Shown here one piece after another: positions 11,898 to 25,629 of a stretch of 64,000 nt of DNA. A program made the translations under genes and the position numbers. The DNA lies in the NCBI RefSeq assembly GCF_009914755.1, contig NC_060934.1, one strand, 5' to 3'. This stretch comes from the human T2T-CHM13v2.0 reference genome, Homo sapiens. Positions within the stretch are counted from its first letter, which is position 1, and every line of letters starts with the position of its first letter. Under the pieces are notes generated by a model, which saw only the letters and a program-made list of their open reading frames with translations, had not been told where the DNA came from and ran no database searches.

Positions 11898-12564
11898 CCT
11901 CAAAGTTCTACAGCCTGGGGAGTCTGAGATCAAGGCAGATTTGGTGTCTGGAGATGGTCCACTTTTTGGCTTACAGAAAGTGCCTTCTTGCTGTGTCCTC
12001 ACACAGTGGAAGGGGTGAGAAGTCTTTCTCAGGAATCTTTTATAAGGGCACTCATCCCATTCTTGAAGGTTCTTCCCCATCACCTAATCACTGTGAGTCT
12101 GTTTAAGTTATAAAGAGACTGGGTAATTTATAAAGAACAGAAATTTATTTCTCATAATTCTGGAGACCAAGAAGTCCAATATCAAGGTGTGGGAAGATTT
12201 GATGTCTGGTAAGGTCCTTCTCTTGGTAGAAGCCTCATATGGCAAAAAGCAGAAGGGCAAAAAGGAGTGAACACAGCGTCCTCACATGGTGGAAGAGCAG
12301 CAGTAGCAAACTTGCCCCCTTGAACCCTTTTTATAAGACAATTATCCATTCATGAGGGCATAGCCCTCATGGCCTAATCACCTCTTATAGACCCCACCTC
12401 TTAATACCACCACGATGAGGATTAAGTTTCAACACATGAGTTTTGGAAAGGACACATTCAAATCATAGCGCCACCCAAGGGCCACACTTCCTAATACCAT
12501 CACCTTGGAGCTGAAGATCTCAACGTCTAAATTTGAGGGGTATACAAACAGTCAGACCATAGTA
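11827..12564 (-). mobile_element. MLT1A/MLT1A0 MaLR solo LTR, TSD ttaag, interrupted by an MST LTR
   Basis: tgtcctagcccatttgggctgctataacaaaatac...cagaccatagta. 5-bp TSD ttaag at 11822-11826 and 12565-12569. Confidence 0.85.
12092..12470 (-). mobile_element. MSTC/MSTD-like MaLR solo LTR nested in MLT1A
   Basis: gactgggtaatttataaagaacagaaatttatttctc...gacacattcaaatcatagc. Confidence 0.8.
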
Positions 12565-13519
12565 TTAAGAAATTCCAATCTTGGCTTCTATTTTCCATCA
12601 CTTCTTTTCTTATACCAGAGAGCTGAAAATAAACTAGTCAGCATTTATCCTTGAGCGTGACCTAAATCATTTTCTGGAAGGATGCTGTCATGAAGGGAAA
12701 CCAATGGCCCAAAGCTGAACTGAGCAGATGATTTACAAATACTTTTGTCCCGTTGAAGCATGTGGTCCGCATGCTCCTGGGAACCATGATACAGGAAAAG
12801 GGTCCTAACTGGCCCTCAGCCACTCTCATTTGCCATTCAGAATGGTTCTTTTCCAAGGTCCACACAGGCTTACATCACTGCCAGCATTACAACTTTGGAG
12901 AATTCTCACAGCAGGCAAGATAGAGCAAATTCACTAAACATACTTCTAATTACACATTACACATTGATTCCCCCAGATAATCGTGGAAGTACCTCTTCTG
13001 TTTCTGCAAGAAATGCCTTATGTGTGTATTTCTGGAATGGGAGCTAGTAGATTTCAATTGATTTTCAAAGGAATCCATGAATCCCCAAATTATATTTACT
13101 GATTTAGGGTCTACAAACGAAGAATTACTTGAGGCTTTGACTAGAACAGAAACCACCTCTTATCATTGGTTTTAAGGCAGTTTTCGAGGGGCAGGTGAAT
13201 TAGTATATCCTGAGCAGCAACTGCATGACAGGTAAGTGCAGTGTTGAGATCTGACAGATGTTATCCCCTAGAGTCTTCTAATTCCCCTGTGATGTGTGAT
13301 GTCCCCCTGACATCCCCCTGTGATATGTGATGTCAGTTTCCCTGGCTCACCGGTGAGTTCACCTACACTTAAAGAAGGTTAGCAAGTTAGCCCAAGTCCA
13401 TCAGAGCCAGCAAATGGCCCAGCAAGCATGTCTAGCCAGATCTGTCTTATTCCAAAGCTGTGCTTCCTGTTGACTCCTCTTTACGTCTTGACTTGTAGAA
13501 GGTCAGTTTGTTTCTTTGC

Positions 13520-13909
13520 ATGTGGACTGGTACTCCACCCCATCCTTACCACTTCTCAGTGCCTAAATTCTTTAGCTGAGGGCCTTTGCTTGCTCTGGAA
13601 CTCATTGTCACAAGCACAGGAGAATTGACTTGCCCACCTCCAGGACTCCTCAGTTATGACTGATGAAGTTGGTAGATGAATACCCACACTGTTGTCCTTC
13701 TGTGAGGTAATGCTGATGAGGGTTCCTATTTTTTTTAGTTTTCCTGAGGCCCCAGTCCCCTGACTCTGATATTAGTAGCTGGTTTGCTAACTCATCCTTT
13801 GTTGACTGACATCCTTCCTTGTGTCATTTCTCCATTCACGTGGTGGTGCTTTTCAGACCATCTCTCTTATCTTTATCTAATGGCCTGATCTTGAGAGAGC
13901 ACAAAGACA
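13520..13909 (+). mobile_element. LTR16-family ERVL solo LTR
   Basis: caccccatcc...tgactgatgaagttggtagatgaataccc...ccttccttgtgtcatttctccattc...aaagaca. Confidence 0.55.
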
Positions 13910-14111
13910 TGTGGCCTCCACTACTGGAAAATGTATTCAGGGATGGAAGAAGTGTGTGCATACGTGCGTGTACACGTGCATGATAAGAAAGGTGAAAGAA
14001 GATGATAGTCTAACATGAGAACTATCACTTCTATCCTAGTTCTGTGTTTTCACTCATAAATGTGATTTAAAAAAAGTACCTACCTTACATAGCCATTGAA
14101 AGTATTGAGTA

Positions 14112-14420
<309 letters not shown>

Positions 14421-14479
14421 AAGCGTGAAATAGCATGATATATGAAAAGCTTTTGTCCAATAGTAGCTGTTCAACAAAT

Positions 14480-14700
14480 GTTGAATGATTATAGTAGAGT
14501 TGAAAGGTCATGCACTTTGGAGGTTGAAACACCTGGATTTAAATTCTGGATCTGTAACTTCCTAGCTTTATAGATGTGGGTAAATTACTCAGTTTTAGTG
14601 TTTTTGCCTGTGCTATTGGCATAAAGATATGCTCCACATGGGCCGTTCTGAGGATCAAAATAAGCAATGTACCTAAAGCAGCTACAGACAGGACACTGAG
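14480..14700 (+). mobile_element. MIR SINE
   Basis: acctggatttaaattctggatctgtaacttcctagc...gggtaaattact. Confidence 0.6.
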
Positions 14701-15424
14701 TTCTCAGACCACAGGAGCAACTGTGCTTCTGCTTCTCCCCCTTCTTCAAGGACACAGACAGAAACTTCTGGACAGGGTGAGGTTTCCCAGCCTTCTCAGT
14801 CCTACTCTAGCAGGAATTAAAATCACACTTGCAATTTCTCCTAGTGATTGATAGGCATTTCATGATGATTTTATCACTTGGTGGACGATGAAAGTCACTC
14901 AATGATTAGCTGGATTCCTCCATTAAAACCCACCGCCCAAGACATACTCTAATTACTCACAAATTCCTGTTAGGCTTTATAGTGTAATTGCTATTCATGG
15001 TCCAATTAAGGGGCAATTGCAAGCTGAGGAAAAAATGTGCTTTATTGCTTCAATTTTGAAATCCGTGTATCTTGGAGCCTTAATCTACTGCTGGTCTACA
15101 GGGTTCCACACACAGCAATGCCCATGCTGCTACGATGAGGCTTGTGGGGCAGCCTTCTCCTTGCCAGGCTTCTACGGGAGAGCTCTCTGGCTGACAGTCG
15201 AGGCTCCAACAAGCTCCAATGTTCCATATTCTAAAAGACAGAAGGACAGGCTAGGGGATCTGCTCTTTCTCGTATGTTTAAGATGTTGAAAGAAAATCAT
15301 CAGGCTCTTTTAGAAATGAGCTACTAGGGCAGGTGTGGCTTTGTTAGGTTGGAAGATAGCCACCCCCAGAGGGAAGACAACCTGCAAATGTTTAGGAGAA
15401 ATGCAGACCCCATCCAGAGGGCTG

Positions 15425-15610
15425 AAAATCCAGGCCAGATTGGGTTCAAATCCTTGGTCTATCATTTTCTAGTGGTGTGACCTTAGGCAGGATAGTTCTC
15501 AATGCCCAGTGTCCCTATCTACTCAATAGGGATAAAGACAAAGCTCACTCTTCAGGATAATTGTAAGGATCAAATGAGATAATGCATGGAAAGCAGCTAG
15601 CAAATAATCG
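15425..15610 (+). mobile_element. MIR SINE
   Basis: tgggttcaaatccttggtct...ctagtggtgtgaccttaggcag...tgtaaggatcaaatgagataatgcatg. Confidence 0.8.
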
Positions 15611-15859
15611 TTTCATAATCGGCATCATTTTCATCACCACCATCAACACCAACATCAATGCTACTAATTCCACTGCATATAATTATTCCATTCTGAGCAA
15701 GTGGGTCAGGAAGAGATAAACCTTCTGATTGTGGTAATAATACACGACAGAGCTTAATAAAGGGTTAAACAACATTAAATAGGTTTCTGAGTACTGCTCT
15801 GTGCCTTTTGTTCCTTAATTTGCCTTGTAAGTCTCAAACAAAAGTGGCTATGAAGCAGC

Positions 15860-16060
15860 AAGGAGCAAAGTGTCCAAGAATGTAGACTTCGAAGTCAGAG
15901 ACATCTGGATGCAACTATCTGGTTCTGCACTAACTCTCCTCTTGACTCTCAGCCTCTGCATATATAAAATGTGTATAATTGTGATTCCTTCATAGATTTA
16001 TTTATGAGGATTATACGAGATAATATACAAAAAGTACTTCCCACAGTATGTGCACTTACA
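15860..16060 (+). mobile_element. MIR SINE
   Basis: gacttcgaagtcagag...ctcagcctctgcatatataaaatg...atgaggattatacgagataatatac. Confidence 0.65.
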
Positions 16061-17279
16061 CATCCAATAAAATTTCTCTCACTTATTATCATCTTTTTAA
16101 AAAAAAAAAAAGGAATGGCATCATACTATTTCATGGAAGCTGCCCAGAGCCTCTCTTCCAAAATTTATGGAATTCTATGAAGAGGACAAACATCTCTTCT
16201 GAAGCTTTCTCTCAGAACATCACAGTGCTATTGTACAAAGTGAAGGTGGATGCTGGATGCAGAAAACCAGATTTGACTGGTTTTGTATACAATTCACACT
16301 TCCCAGTGGATGCATAATGGAGAGGTGGTTGTATTGCCACTAAGGGATTAGTCAAATATGTGTGAGAGAGATGCTTTTCTGAGGAGAAGCAGAGCAAGTT
16401 TCCAAGAAAGCTGGGGTTTGGGATAAATTCAGAATATGTCCAAGTAAGCACAGAATGAAATCACTGGCATGATGGTGAAATATACCCCAGTGATCAAATC
16501 ATTCCTTGGTCTACTAGGAACTGTCTTTTTGTCAGAAAGTGCGGGGACTTCTCCAACAGTCCTTGCTCTAAGAGGCATCATGGAGGATGCCGTGTCTGAG
16601 GTTCTCAGGGTGCCCTTGTTTCCCAGTTCCCACCTTTAGCAAGACCCTTGGAGTGTGGAAGAAGTTCTGCTTTCCAAGCACTACCGAGTTGGTGGGGACA
16701 TTGCCATTTCATCCACCTGCAGAAGATTCCACCAAGCCTTTGTTTGTATGCCCAGAGGAATAGACTTAAGGATTCCTTCATCTTCCAGAAGTTAAAACCC
16801 AGATCCATAGATCTTATAGTTGAGGAGGAGGTGGTTAAGCTGCCTTTTACTATTTCACCAGAGACTTCAAATCATGCTAAACCTAATGGGTCATTTTTCC
16901 TCTGAGTTTGGCCCCATGGTTCCCAGGTTCCCATTGTTGATGCATTACCTTCTCACACTCTGGTCTGGTCCATTTGTTTCTGCTTCAAATTTCCCAGAGC
17001 CTTATGAAGGCGACGTTCATAGATTTTCCCGTTTATGTCATTTCCTCATGCTTAACAATGATCTGTTGGCTTTCATTTCCTTTAATGACCTTCTGAATGG
17101 GGACATGTTCCCTTGGCATTGTCACATGTCTGATGCTGGCCTGATGTCAGAAGGTGAAATAGTTTTGCATGTTGATGACCTAAAAAAGGGCTGTTCTCCA
17201 CCCTTTTGCATGTAGGAGGCAAGTCCCAATCCAAAAGGGGAGGGTATCAGAGACAGGCAGGCTGGGGCAAGGTAAAGAA

Positions 17280-17420
17280 TGAAACTTTTAGAGCCAAATA
17301 GACAAAAATGTGATGTATAGCTCTGACACTCTCTAAATATCTAGCCTTGGGCAAGTCACTTAAAGGCTTTCTGCCTCAGTTTCCTCAGCTGTAAAACTGA
17401 GCTTGTGCCTATAGACATTG
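17280..17420 (+). mobile_element. MIR SINE
   Basis: ccttgggcaagtcacttaa...ctgcctcagtttcctcagctgtaaaa. Confidence 0.8.
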
Positions 17421-19539
17421 TGAGATAGTGGTAAGGGTTGTGATATTACTGCCACTATCAGTAAGAATATGAGATCCCAGGAATTAAGTATCAGATTGTC
17501 TGTTCCACACTGGCTTCTCCAGAGATGAGTGGATATCAGTAAATACAAACATCCCCAAAGTTTAAAGGATGATTAAAACAATCTACCATACTTATTTGTT
17601 TGCATATCTCTCTCTCCATTAGATTGTGGGTTTCTTATGGGCAGGAACTGTGTCTTATCTTCATTTGTACACCCAGTAATCAGTAATCAGTAAACATTCA
17701 TTGAATGAATGCAGATGTCAGCTGTATACGGAGGCTAAATCAAGGACAGTGGCCCCTACTGCAGGAAACAGGCCAGCCTAGAATGAACACCCTCTTAGTC
17801 AGGAAAGGGCATGAACCAAGGAGAAAGGCAATAACCTAAACTAACCGAGGACTGAGAGAAGGGCAAAGCAGTTCTGAGAATAGAGGAGCCAGTCCTGGGT
17901 AGACGTCCGGAGATCTGGAACTTCCTCAAGGGTTCAAGGATTCAGTCTAAGAGAAGGTGAGAGCTGAGCTCCAAGGGGCTGGGCAAGGACAGCCTCGTCA
18001 GTAGGGGGGATGAAAGGAAGACACTTCACACACCCATCATGGTTTATGCAATTTGAGATTGAGCTATTTTGCTGTGGCCCTTGTAGGAGTCTTGATATAA
18101 ATTTCTTCATGGCAAATGAGTTTCCCAGTGTTTGCAGACTCCTCAGGAACCTCAGGGGACTCACAGTACAGTGAGTTGTTGGAGCTGGAACAAGTTCTAC
18201 AGAAGCTTAGCTGGGGTGAAAGCTCAGCAGACCTTGCAGGGCCACAGTGCACACACATGCACACACATGCACACACATACAAATGCACCTTTCTTCCAAG
18301 GGCAAGAGGAGCCACCCATCAACCTGCACAATCCTACTCCAAGGGGAAGAAGCAGGTAGGAGTGTGACTGCAGGCTTCCCACCACTCTCAGTCACAGCAC
18401 CCACTGCAGAAAACCACTCTAGGGTGACTCTCCCTCGGAAGGCGCCCACTGGTAAATTGATGGGCCCCAAATGTATCAGGGTACATGCCTGAGGAATTTC
18501 TTTCAGATTACACAGTAAGAGATGGGAAAACCTGAGGCATAAGAGGAGGAGGGGAAACTGAAATGGGAGGGAGGCCTAAAATGAGGTAAGGAAAGAAGGA
18601 GTTAATCAGCTATAAGTAAAATGACTGCCACGGTGCAGGGTGCCCAGCCTAGCCCTAAATAGGCTTCTATTTCCAAAGCCCAGTGAAGAGGAATTTATCT
18701 TAAGTTCTTGTTAATGCTCTGTACAGGGAACGCTCCTGCTGGGAGCGCCTGTGTGCACCAGGAGACAGCTGCCTTGTGCGGCTGGATGATGGTAGAATAT
18801 ATGGTAATGATGTCATCATCATCTTTGCTCCCATTAGAATGGATGGGGATTATTCCCACTGAATCATCCGAGGCTGTCTGCCTTTTCTCTGATGATGTAC
18901 ACAGCTTTGCCTAGCAAATAATCCTAAATGAGAGACACATTAAGGGCATTGTTGGAAAGGGTGGTCACCTGGGAGGCTCACTCAGGCCTTCTGCAGAGCC
19001 CCAGGCAGGTGCATCTCCGGGGCCTTCCATCTCCTCCTTTGCCAGTCCCTCCGGAGCAGCCAGATGCTGTCATTCAGTTATTGGGTCACATTCTATACAG
19101 GGAAACCGAAGGTAATAAAAATAGCACCTCACATTTGAAAAATGTTTTACAATTTCCAAAGTGCTTTTCATACCTGTCATCTGATTCATTCCTCAGAATA
19201 CCCTTCTCCATGAGGCAGGAAAATATCCCATTTGACAGAAAAGAACATTGCCTGGCAATGTCATCTACCCAGCATCCCAAAGAAGATCCTCTTAAGCCTG
19301 CCTCAGTGGTCTTTCTTCTGCTAGGTTTTTCTCCTGCTCAACAGGAGGTCAGGAGAGGCGTGTCCTCTTATTTCATTGCCAAGGCCCCTCTGCCCTCCAC
19401 ATCCAATCGACAGCTGCATTCTGTTCATTGTTAATCATGCTGTCTGTCACGGCCAGCCCCACCATTCTATCTTGGTGCAGACGTAATCCCAGTCTTACTC
19501 ACTTTCCCCCTCCCCAGGCACTTTCCCCAAAACAACAAG

Positions 19540-20030
19540 TACGACCATGCCCCATTGCTACTCAGATTTTCCCAGTGGCTTCTTAGGACAAAGTCCTGGA
19601 CCCAGCTTGGCCCATAAGATCTGTTACTGGGCTGCCAGTCACATCTCCCTGATGCTTTGTGCTTCAGTGACCTATGACCTTTTCCAAATATGGAGACCTC
19701 TCTTCTCCAGGTCCTTGATCATGTGGCTGCCTTCCTGGAATTATAGCAATTGTAATCATTCCAATAATAATAATAGTGAGGACAATAAGGAAGTTGATGA
19801 TGAGCAGATTGATGGCTTACTATCGGTTATCAAATGTTACCTCCTCAGAGCAACCTTTCCCAATAATCCTCCCTAAGATTTTCTACCTTCTCTCATCACT
19901 CCCTGTATGAGAACCCTGTCTTTAGCTTGCTACAGCTTATCTTATGTATGTGTTTGCAGGGCAATGTCCTGTCTCCAATCCCACTGCCACTAGCAGAGTG
20001 TAAGCTACTTGAGAACAGAGACAGCATGTC
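19540..20030 (+). mobile_element. L2 LINE 3' region fragments
   Basis: ccagtggcttc...aaagtcc, aaatgttacctcctcagag, agagtgtaagctacttgagaacagagac. Confidence 0.6.
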
Positions 20031-20032
20031 AG

Positions 20033-20452
20033 GTGCAATGGTTAATTTACTTGACTGAGTGAAGGGATATCCAGATAGCTGATAAAGCATTATCTTTGGG
20101 TGTGTCTATGAAAACGTTTCTGGAAGAGATTAATATTAGAATCTGTAGACTAAGAAGAGAAGATCCACACCCACCAATGTGGGTGTGCATAACTTAATCA
20201 GTTGGTGGCCCAATTAAAACAAAAAGGCAGAAGAAGGGGGTGTCTGCTCTTTGCTTGAGCTGGGATGCCCATCTTCTCTTGCCTTCACATATCAGTACTC
20301 CTGGTTCTTGAGCCTTCAGAATCTGGCCTTCCTGGGACTCTAGTTTGCCTGGGACTTTTCAGCCTCTGTAATCATGAAGCCAATCTCTCATAATTCATCT
20401 CATTCTACATATCTATATATGTTCTACTGGTTCTGTTTCTCTGGAGAACATC
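20033..20452 (+). mobile_element. MLT2B/MLT2D ERVL solo LTR inserted in L2
   Basis: atggttaattt...ccagatagctgataaagcattatctttgggtgtgtct...ctggttctgtttctctggagaac. Confidence 0.85.
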
Positions 20453-20950
20453 ATGTGTGTTCACTCTGTGGCCTTATGCCTAGAACATACCCATGGTCAT
20501 GGGGCTAAATGAGTCAGGATTATTTGACTGATGAGGAATCTGAGACTCAAGCAACTTAATTAACCACTTAAGTTCAACCAGGTCTGAAGGGTAGAGCCAA
20601 GAGTTGATTCATGGTTTGCTGTCCCTAAAGCCAGCTTCTGGTCTCAAGGTCGCATGGTCCAGAAAACTTTCTCTAGTGTCTCCAAGACAGTGTGTCTCAG
20701 CACACATGACCTCACATGCTCCCTGTCCCCAGTAAGGACCCCTTAGTACTTAACCTGTCTTGTAACTGCCCATTCATGTATGTCTAGACTACAAGCCACT
20801 TGACATCAGGAATGGTGTCTCATTTACTAGAATATCTCTACTGCTTGTTACGATAATCGAAACGAAGAGGATGCTCCCTATGTTGAATACATATGGAAGT
20901 AAGCAAGGATTGTTTTATCAGGTGCCCCTAGACTTAACATTACTCTAAAC

Positions 20951-21130
20951 CAGTGCTGCTCAAAGTGTGGTCACTGGACTAGTGACATTCCCTGTGAACT
21001 TATTATAAATACAGATTCTCAAGCCCCATCCAGATATACTGAATCAGAAACCTGAGGTGTGGCCCAACCATTTGTGTTTTAAAAAGCATCCCAAGTTACT
21101 CTGACACACGCTAAACTTTGAGAATCACTG
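20951..21130. mobile_element. MER5A hAT-Charlie element with 8-bp TSD
   Basis: TIRs cagtgctgctcaaagt / actttgagaatcactg. TSD ctctaaac / ctttagac (NTCTAGAN-like). Confidence 0.88.
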
Positions 21131-22789
21131 CTTTAGACCAAGGACTGACACCCCTAAGCAAACTTAACACAGTCCTGGCTGATTCCCAGATTCTCTTGGG
21201 CCATGGGATGCTGTGGTCTCTGAGTTAAAGGCACTGCAAAGTGTAATCACTGAACCCCTTTTTGAAGTCAGCTGCAGCACATCCTGCCATAGAGGGCACA
21301 CTCACACAGCCCTTCTCTAGACAATGTCTTCTTGGTCTCCTGGAAGAACGTCCTGCCATGGGAGGAGCCCTGTGCAATGGGGTTTTCCCCACCCATGACA
21401 CATCTCCCGACCTCCCCAATACCATATGTGTCTATGGCACACCATTCATGTTCTCCAGAATCCGGCTTCCTAGCTGTACCTCAGTGCCCCCTTTGCAGGA
21501 TCTGTGCTCCTACCTTGTACTCAGTGAGAATGCCAGGTTGGCCCTACTCCTTCAGGTGCTATCAAAAGTCCTGCTGGCTTCATTTGCTCTTCTGCTCCTT
21601 AAGAAGCTGGATGAGCCCAATCTCATTTCCCAGATTCCTGATGCTGGGGAACTACTATCCTCCTCCCAACACCAGTGCAGATTGGAGTGGCCCTCTGGAG
21701 ATGAAATGATTTTGCTAATGGCTTTCTTCATAGTCAAGCACACTAACTAGTACTTCCCAGAGCCTCGTCCTCACCTGTGTCCAGCTATGCCCCTAATACT
21801 GCAGGCCTGACATCAACTCAACCTGCCTGTAGACTGGGTTTTGCAGAAGCTAGCACTTCCCTAACAACATTACATGCTCTTCCAACTTCACCCCCCTTGA
21901 CAAGAGACTCACTGCCTCCCAAAGTGGTCCATTTCATTTCTAAAGACTTCTGGCTGTTAGAATGTCCTCTTATGATCCATTCTTCTTCTACATAACATCT
22001 GCCCACAGCCCCTGGATCTACAGACTAATTTTTAGCCTCCCTTCCCTACAACCTCCACTCAAAAGTATTTGCTGATGGCTCCCAAAGCACCACCATAACT
22101 CTGGGGACGCTTCAAGCCTTATCTGCTTTTTTTCTCACTAATACATATTTTATTTTTAATGAAAAGGAGGCTATGAGAGCCTGCATGAGTCATGCAGTGC
22201 TACGAGGCCAGGTAACAGTGTTTCCAGGTTAGGGAAGCAGATGCCAGTGCTGATAAGAGAGAGAAGCAAGTCTCTAAAAATGTGTCGGTGACTGCCCGGA
22301 GCTTCCCAACAGCTTATCTCTGAGCAGATGAACATTCCTACTTCAGAATAGCATCATTTTATTTTTAGAACTTGCCCTGTGGAACTATAAGCTTTGAGGG
22401 ACACAGAAAGCACATGAACCTTCTCAAATTGCTGCAGACCTGTTATGGGAGCATGAGAGAGGAAGCTTGCAAGAAGAGGGAAATGCCAAAGAGTGGGAGG
22501 ATAAGGGGGATGGAGGTTATTGGCTAGGCCCAAGCAACCCTGACGGAAACATCTAAGCCCAGGTCAAGACCTCTGGTGCAACTCTTTGGTCAGGTGAGTG
22601 TAATTCTACAAGTTTCAGCCCATCTCCTCTGACCATACAGGACCTTAGTCACTTCAATAGTATCACTGCAAATAAATCTGACTGGGCAATAATCAGAAAT
22701 TTCCTGCCTCATCAGTTTATTAGGTATGGAGATCATCTGAGCTTCTAGGGATAATTCTGAGGTATAGCCCCTGAATAACTCAGGCATAT

Positions 22790-22960
22790 TAACATGAGTC
22801 CTGGAATCAAACAAACCTACTTTTAAATCTTTGCCACTCATTAGCACTAGGACATTGGACAAATTACCTAACCTCCTTGAATCTAAAATTCCTGTATTTA
22901 AAATGGGCATAAGAATAAATAACTTATTTGGAGGTGGAAAATAAACAATACATGGGAGGT
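22790..22960 (+). mobile_element. MIR SINE
   Basis: ctggaatcaaac...ttgccactcattagc...ttggacaaattacctaacctc...taaaatgggcataa. Confidence 0.7.
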
Positions 22961-24680
22961 TGCAGCAAATAGTCATGAGTATTAAATGGAAGACTAGACC
23001 TTTTCTAGTCTAACTTCTTTTGCACACATCTATAGGGTTTCTCCATCACTGCCTCCCTGGATAATAAGCTCTTCCTTGATTCCCCAGCCACATGATCTGG
23101 ATTCATGTTCTTGCTTCCACATCCATTCCTGGGGGTTGGCCCCAGGTGCAGTTTTCCTGCTTTCTTTTAAATTTGTATCTTCTGTACCTGGAAGTTCCAT
23201 CATCTCCACCGAACACTTTGATGTCCACTTTTGTTTTGCAGCCTCAGATCTGACTTAACCTACCTGCAACTGGATTGGGCTTGAACGGACCCAATTTGCT
23301 ACTGAGAAGAGAAAGGTTGAAGGGTTAAGGTAGAAAAACAAAAACCACAAGAGTGGAAGGGGAGATAAAATATTTTCCTTCCATAGGAATACCCTTTCCT
23401 GCCTTTCTTTTGCAAAGTAGCATCAAGCCTAATTCATACAACCTAAAATGCTGAAATAAGTTCCAAAAATTCCTAAAATAAGAAAATCTGTGTTTCCTGG
23501 CTTCCCATGACAACTTTGGGTTTGACTAGAGTACCTGACAAGGCAGGACCTAAGGCATCAGAGTGTTGCAGGATGGCAGAGAAGGAAGAGTCCCTCTGGG
23601 GCATAGACCTGAAACTCAAAATGAAATATCCACACATAATCTAGGCCAGACCTGGGAGCCATAACATGAATAGGATCCTCAAAGGAGGAAACAGAGCTGG
23701 GAATGGGTACCATTGAGCCTTGGGGCAAAAAACTATTTATGCATAGATGGCTATGCTCTAGGGCTGGAGAGGAATTCTTGTAGTCTGGATTTCTTCCTAG
23801 CTTGCCTTTTGTGAGTGTCTCCACTCCTACGGTGGTGTACAGTTTTACCATGAAGTATGGGTTCTTGGAGTCTCTTCATGGCTTAGTCTGGACTTTTTAT
23901 TCTGCCAGGATTATACCACGTTGAGAGATGCAAATATCCTAGGCACTCATCTGGAAGGTGGGTGATATGCAATGGTCGAGTTGGGTCAGAGGGGCTGGTT
24001 GACCAGATGTGGACTTGAGAAAAGCTCTACCACACACCAACTGAATGACTTTGCAGTGAGTTCTTAGCATTTACAAACCTCCATTTCCTCATTTGCAAAA
24101 TAAGGTAGGAGCCATACTTATGTTCACAATGTTATAGGAAATGAGAAAATAAACGGATATCATTTTACACAGTCTGAAATGCAATAGGACTATCAGATGT
24201 TGGTATCATCAATATATTTTTACCTATAGTTTTGGAATAAGAGTATTGACCCAAGTTATTATACGTTATGAAGCTACAAATCATTTATTAGGGCTGTTCT
24301 CCATGAACAGACACTGTGTGAAGCTCCATGGGCAATAAAAAGAAACAAAGTTTGATTCACAAGCTCAAGGAATGTATTGGATGACTAGATGAAGTAAAAC
24401 AAATACTTGTCATATGAGAAGTAAAGTTAGCCTATTCAAAGACATCTAAAAATGCTGTGCCATTGGAGGAGGGAAGGTGACTTGTGTTTACCAAGTGTCT
24501 GCTTTGTCCCAGGCATTATGTTAGAGGCTTACAAAGTATATTTCCCGTAATCCTCCGAAATACATTGTGGGGTAGGTTCTATTACTGCCCTCACTAATGC
24601 CCTCAGTTGTGAACTGAGGCTCAGAAGGGCCAAATGACTTTCCAAGAAGTCCTGACTAATAGACAATAAAAGAGATTTTA

Positions 24681-24992
<312 letters not shown>

Positions 24993-25629
24993 AGAGATTT
25001 TAATCCCTCTGGCTGACTCTTAAGTTCTGCTCTTTCTGGAATATCTCACTGACTCTAAGGAGAGAGAGGGTAAAGAGGAACCATGCAACTATGCACTTCC
25101 TCTAGAAGAGATAACTTGTTATTTCTGCATTTTTTATTGGATAACAAGGAAGCTATAAGTAGTTCTGCAAAAGGTAAGTGTAAATCATGGATTTTATTTT
25201 TCTGAAATGCTAACTGTGGAAACAAAAGCACAGATTCTCTCATCCAATGCTGGGTGTGAATAGCATGAGTTGGACTGGAAAAGTAACCTCATGCAAGATT
25301 CCTGATGGCTATTGTGGGGAAGCATCCAATGATGATTAATTGGAAACCAGCCCAGAATACCTTGATGAGTAAATGAGCCATGGACATTTTCTAAACTACA
25401 GCCTCAGAATATATATCCTAGATAAAACAACAGACATGAGTTAAAAAAAAAAAAAGAAATAAAACAAAGAAAGAAACAACTTTATTTGCAAGCATAAGGG
25501 ATGCAACTTTGTAGATATTAACAGAAGGTGGGGGAAAAACACATTTATTTAGTAGTTAACGTGCCAGCTATTGCGGTGCTCAGTGTTTTGCGTACACTGA
25601 TTGAGTCTTAAGCAAGGCAATATTGAAAT

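Noticed and set aside
16470-17215. Unique-looking stretch with several overlapping ORFs, possibly a processed pseudogene
   Set aside because: None of the translations resembles a protein I recognise, and there is no poly(A) or TSD. A BLASTX would be needed.
18928-19434. 168-aa ORF
   Set aside because: No recognisable domain; it includes MIR-like sequence and its length is compatible with chance.
21262-21750. 162-aa ORF with overlapping ORFs in other frames
   Set aside because: Non-ATG start, no recognisable protein family, no exon structure evident.
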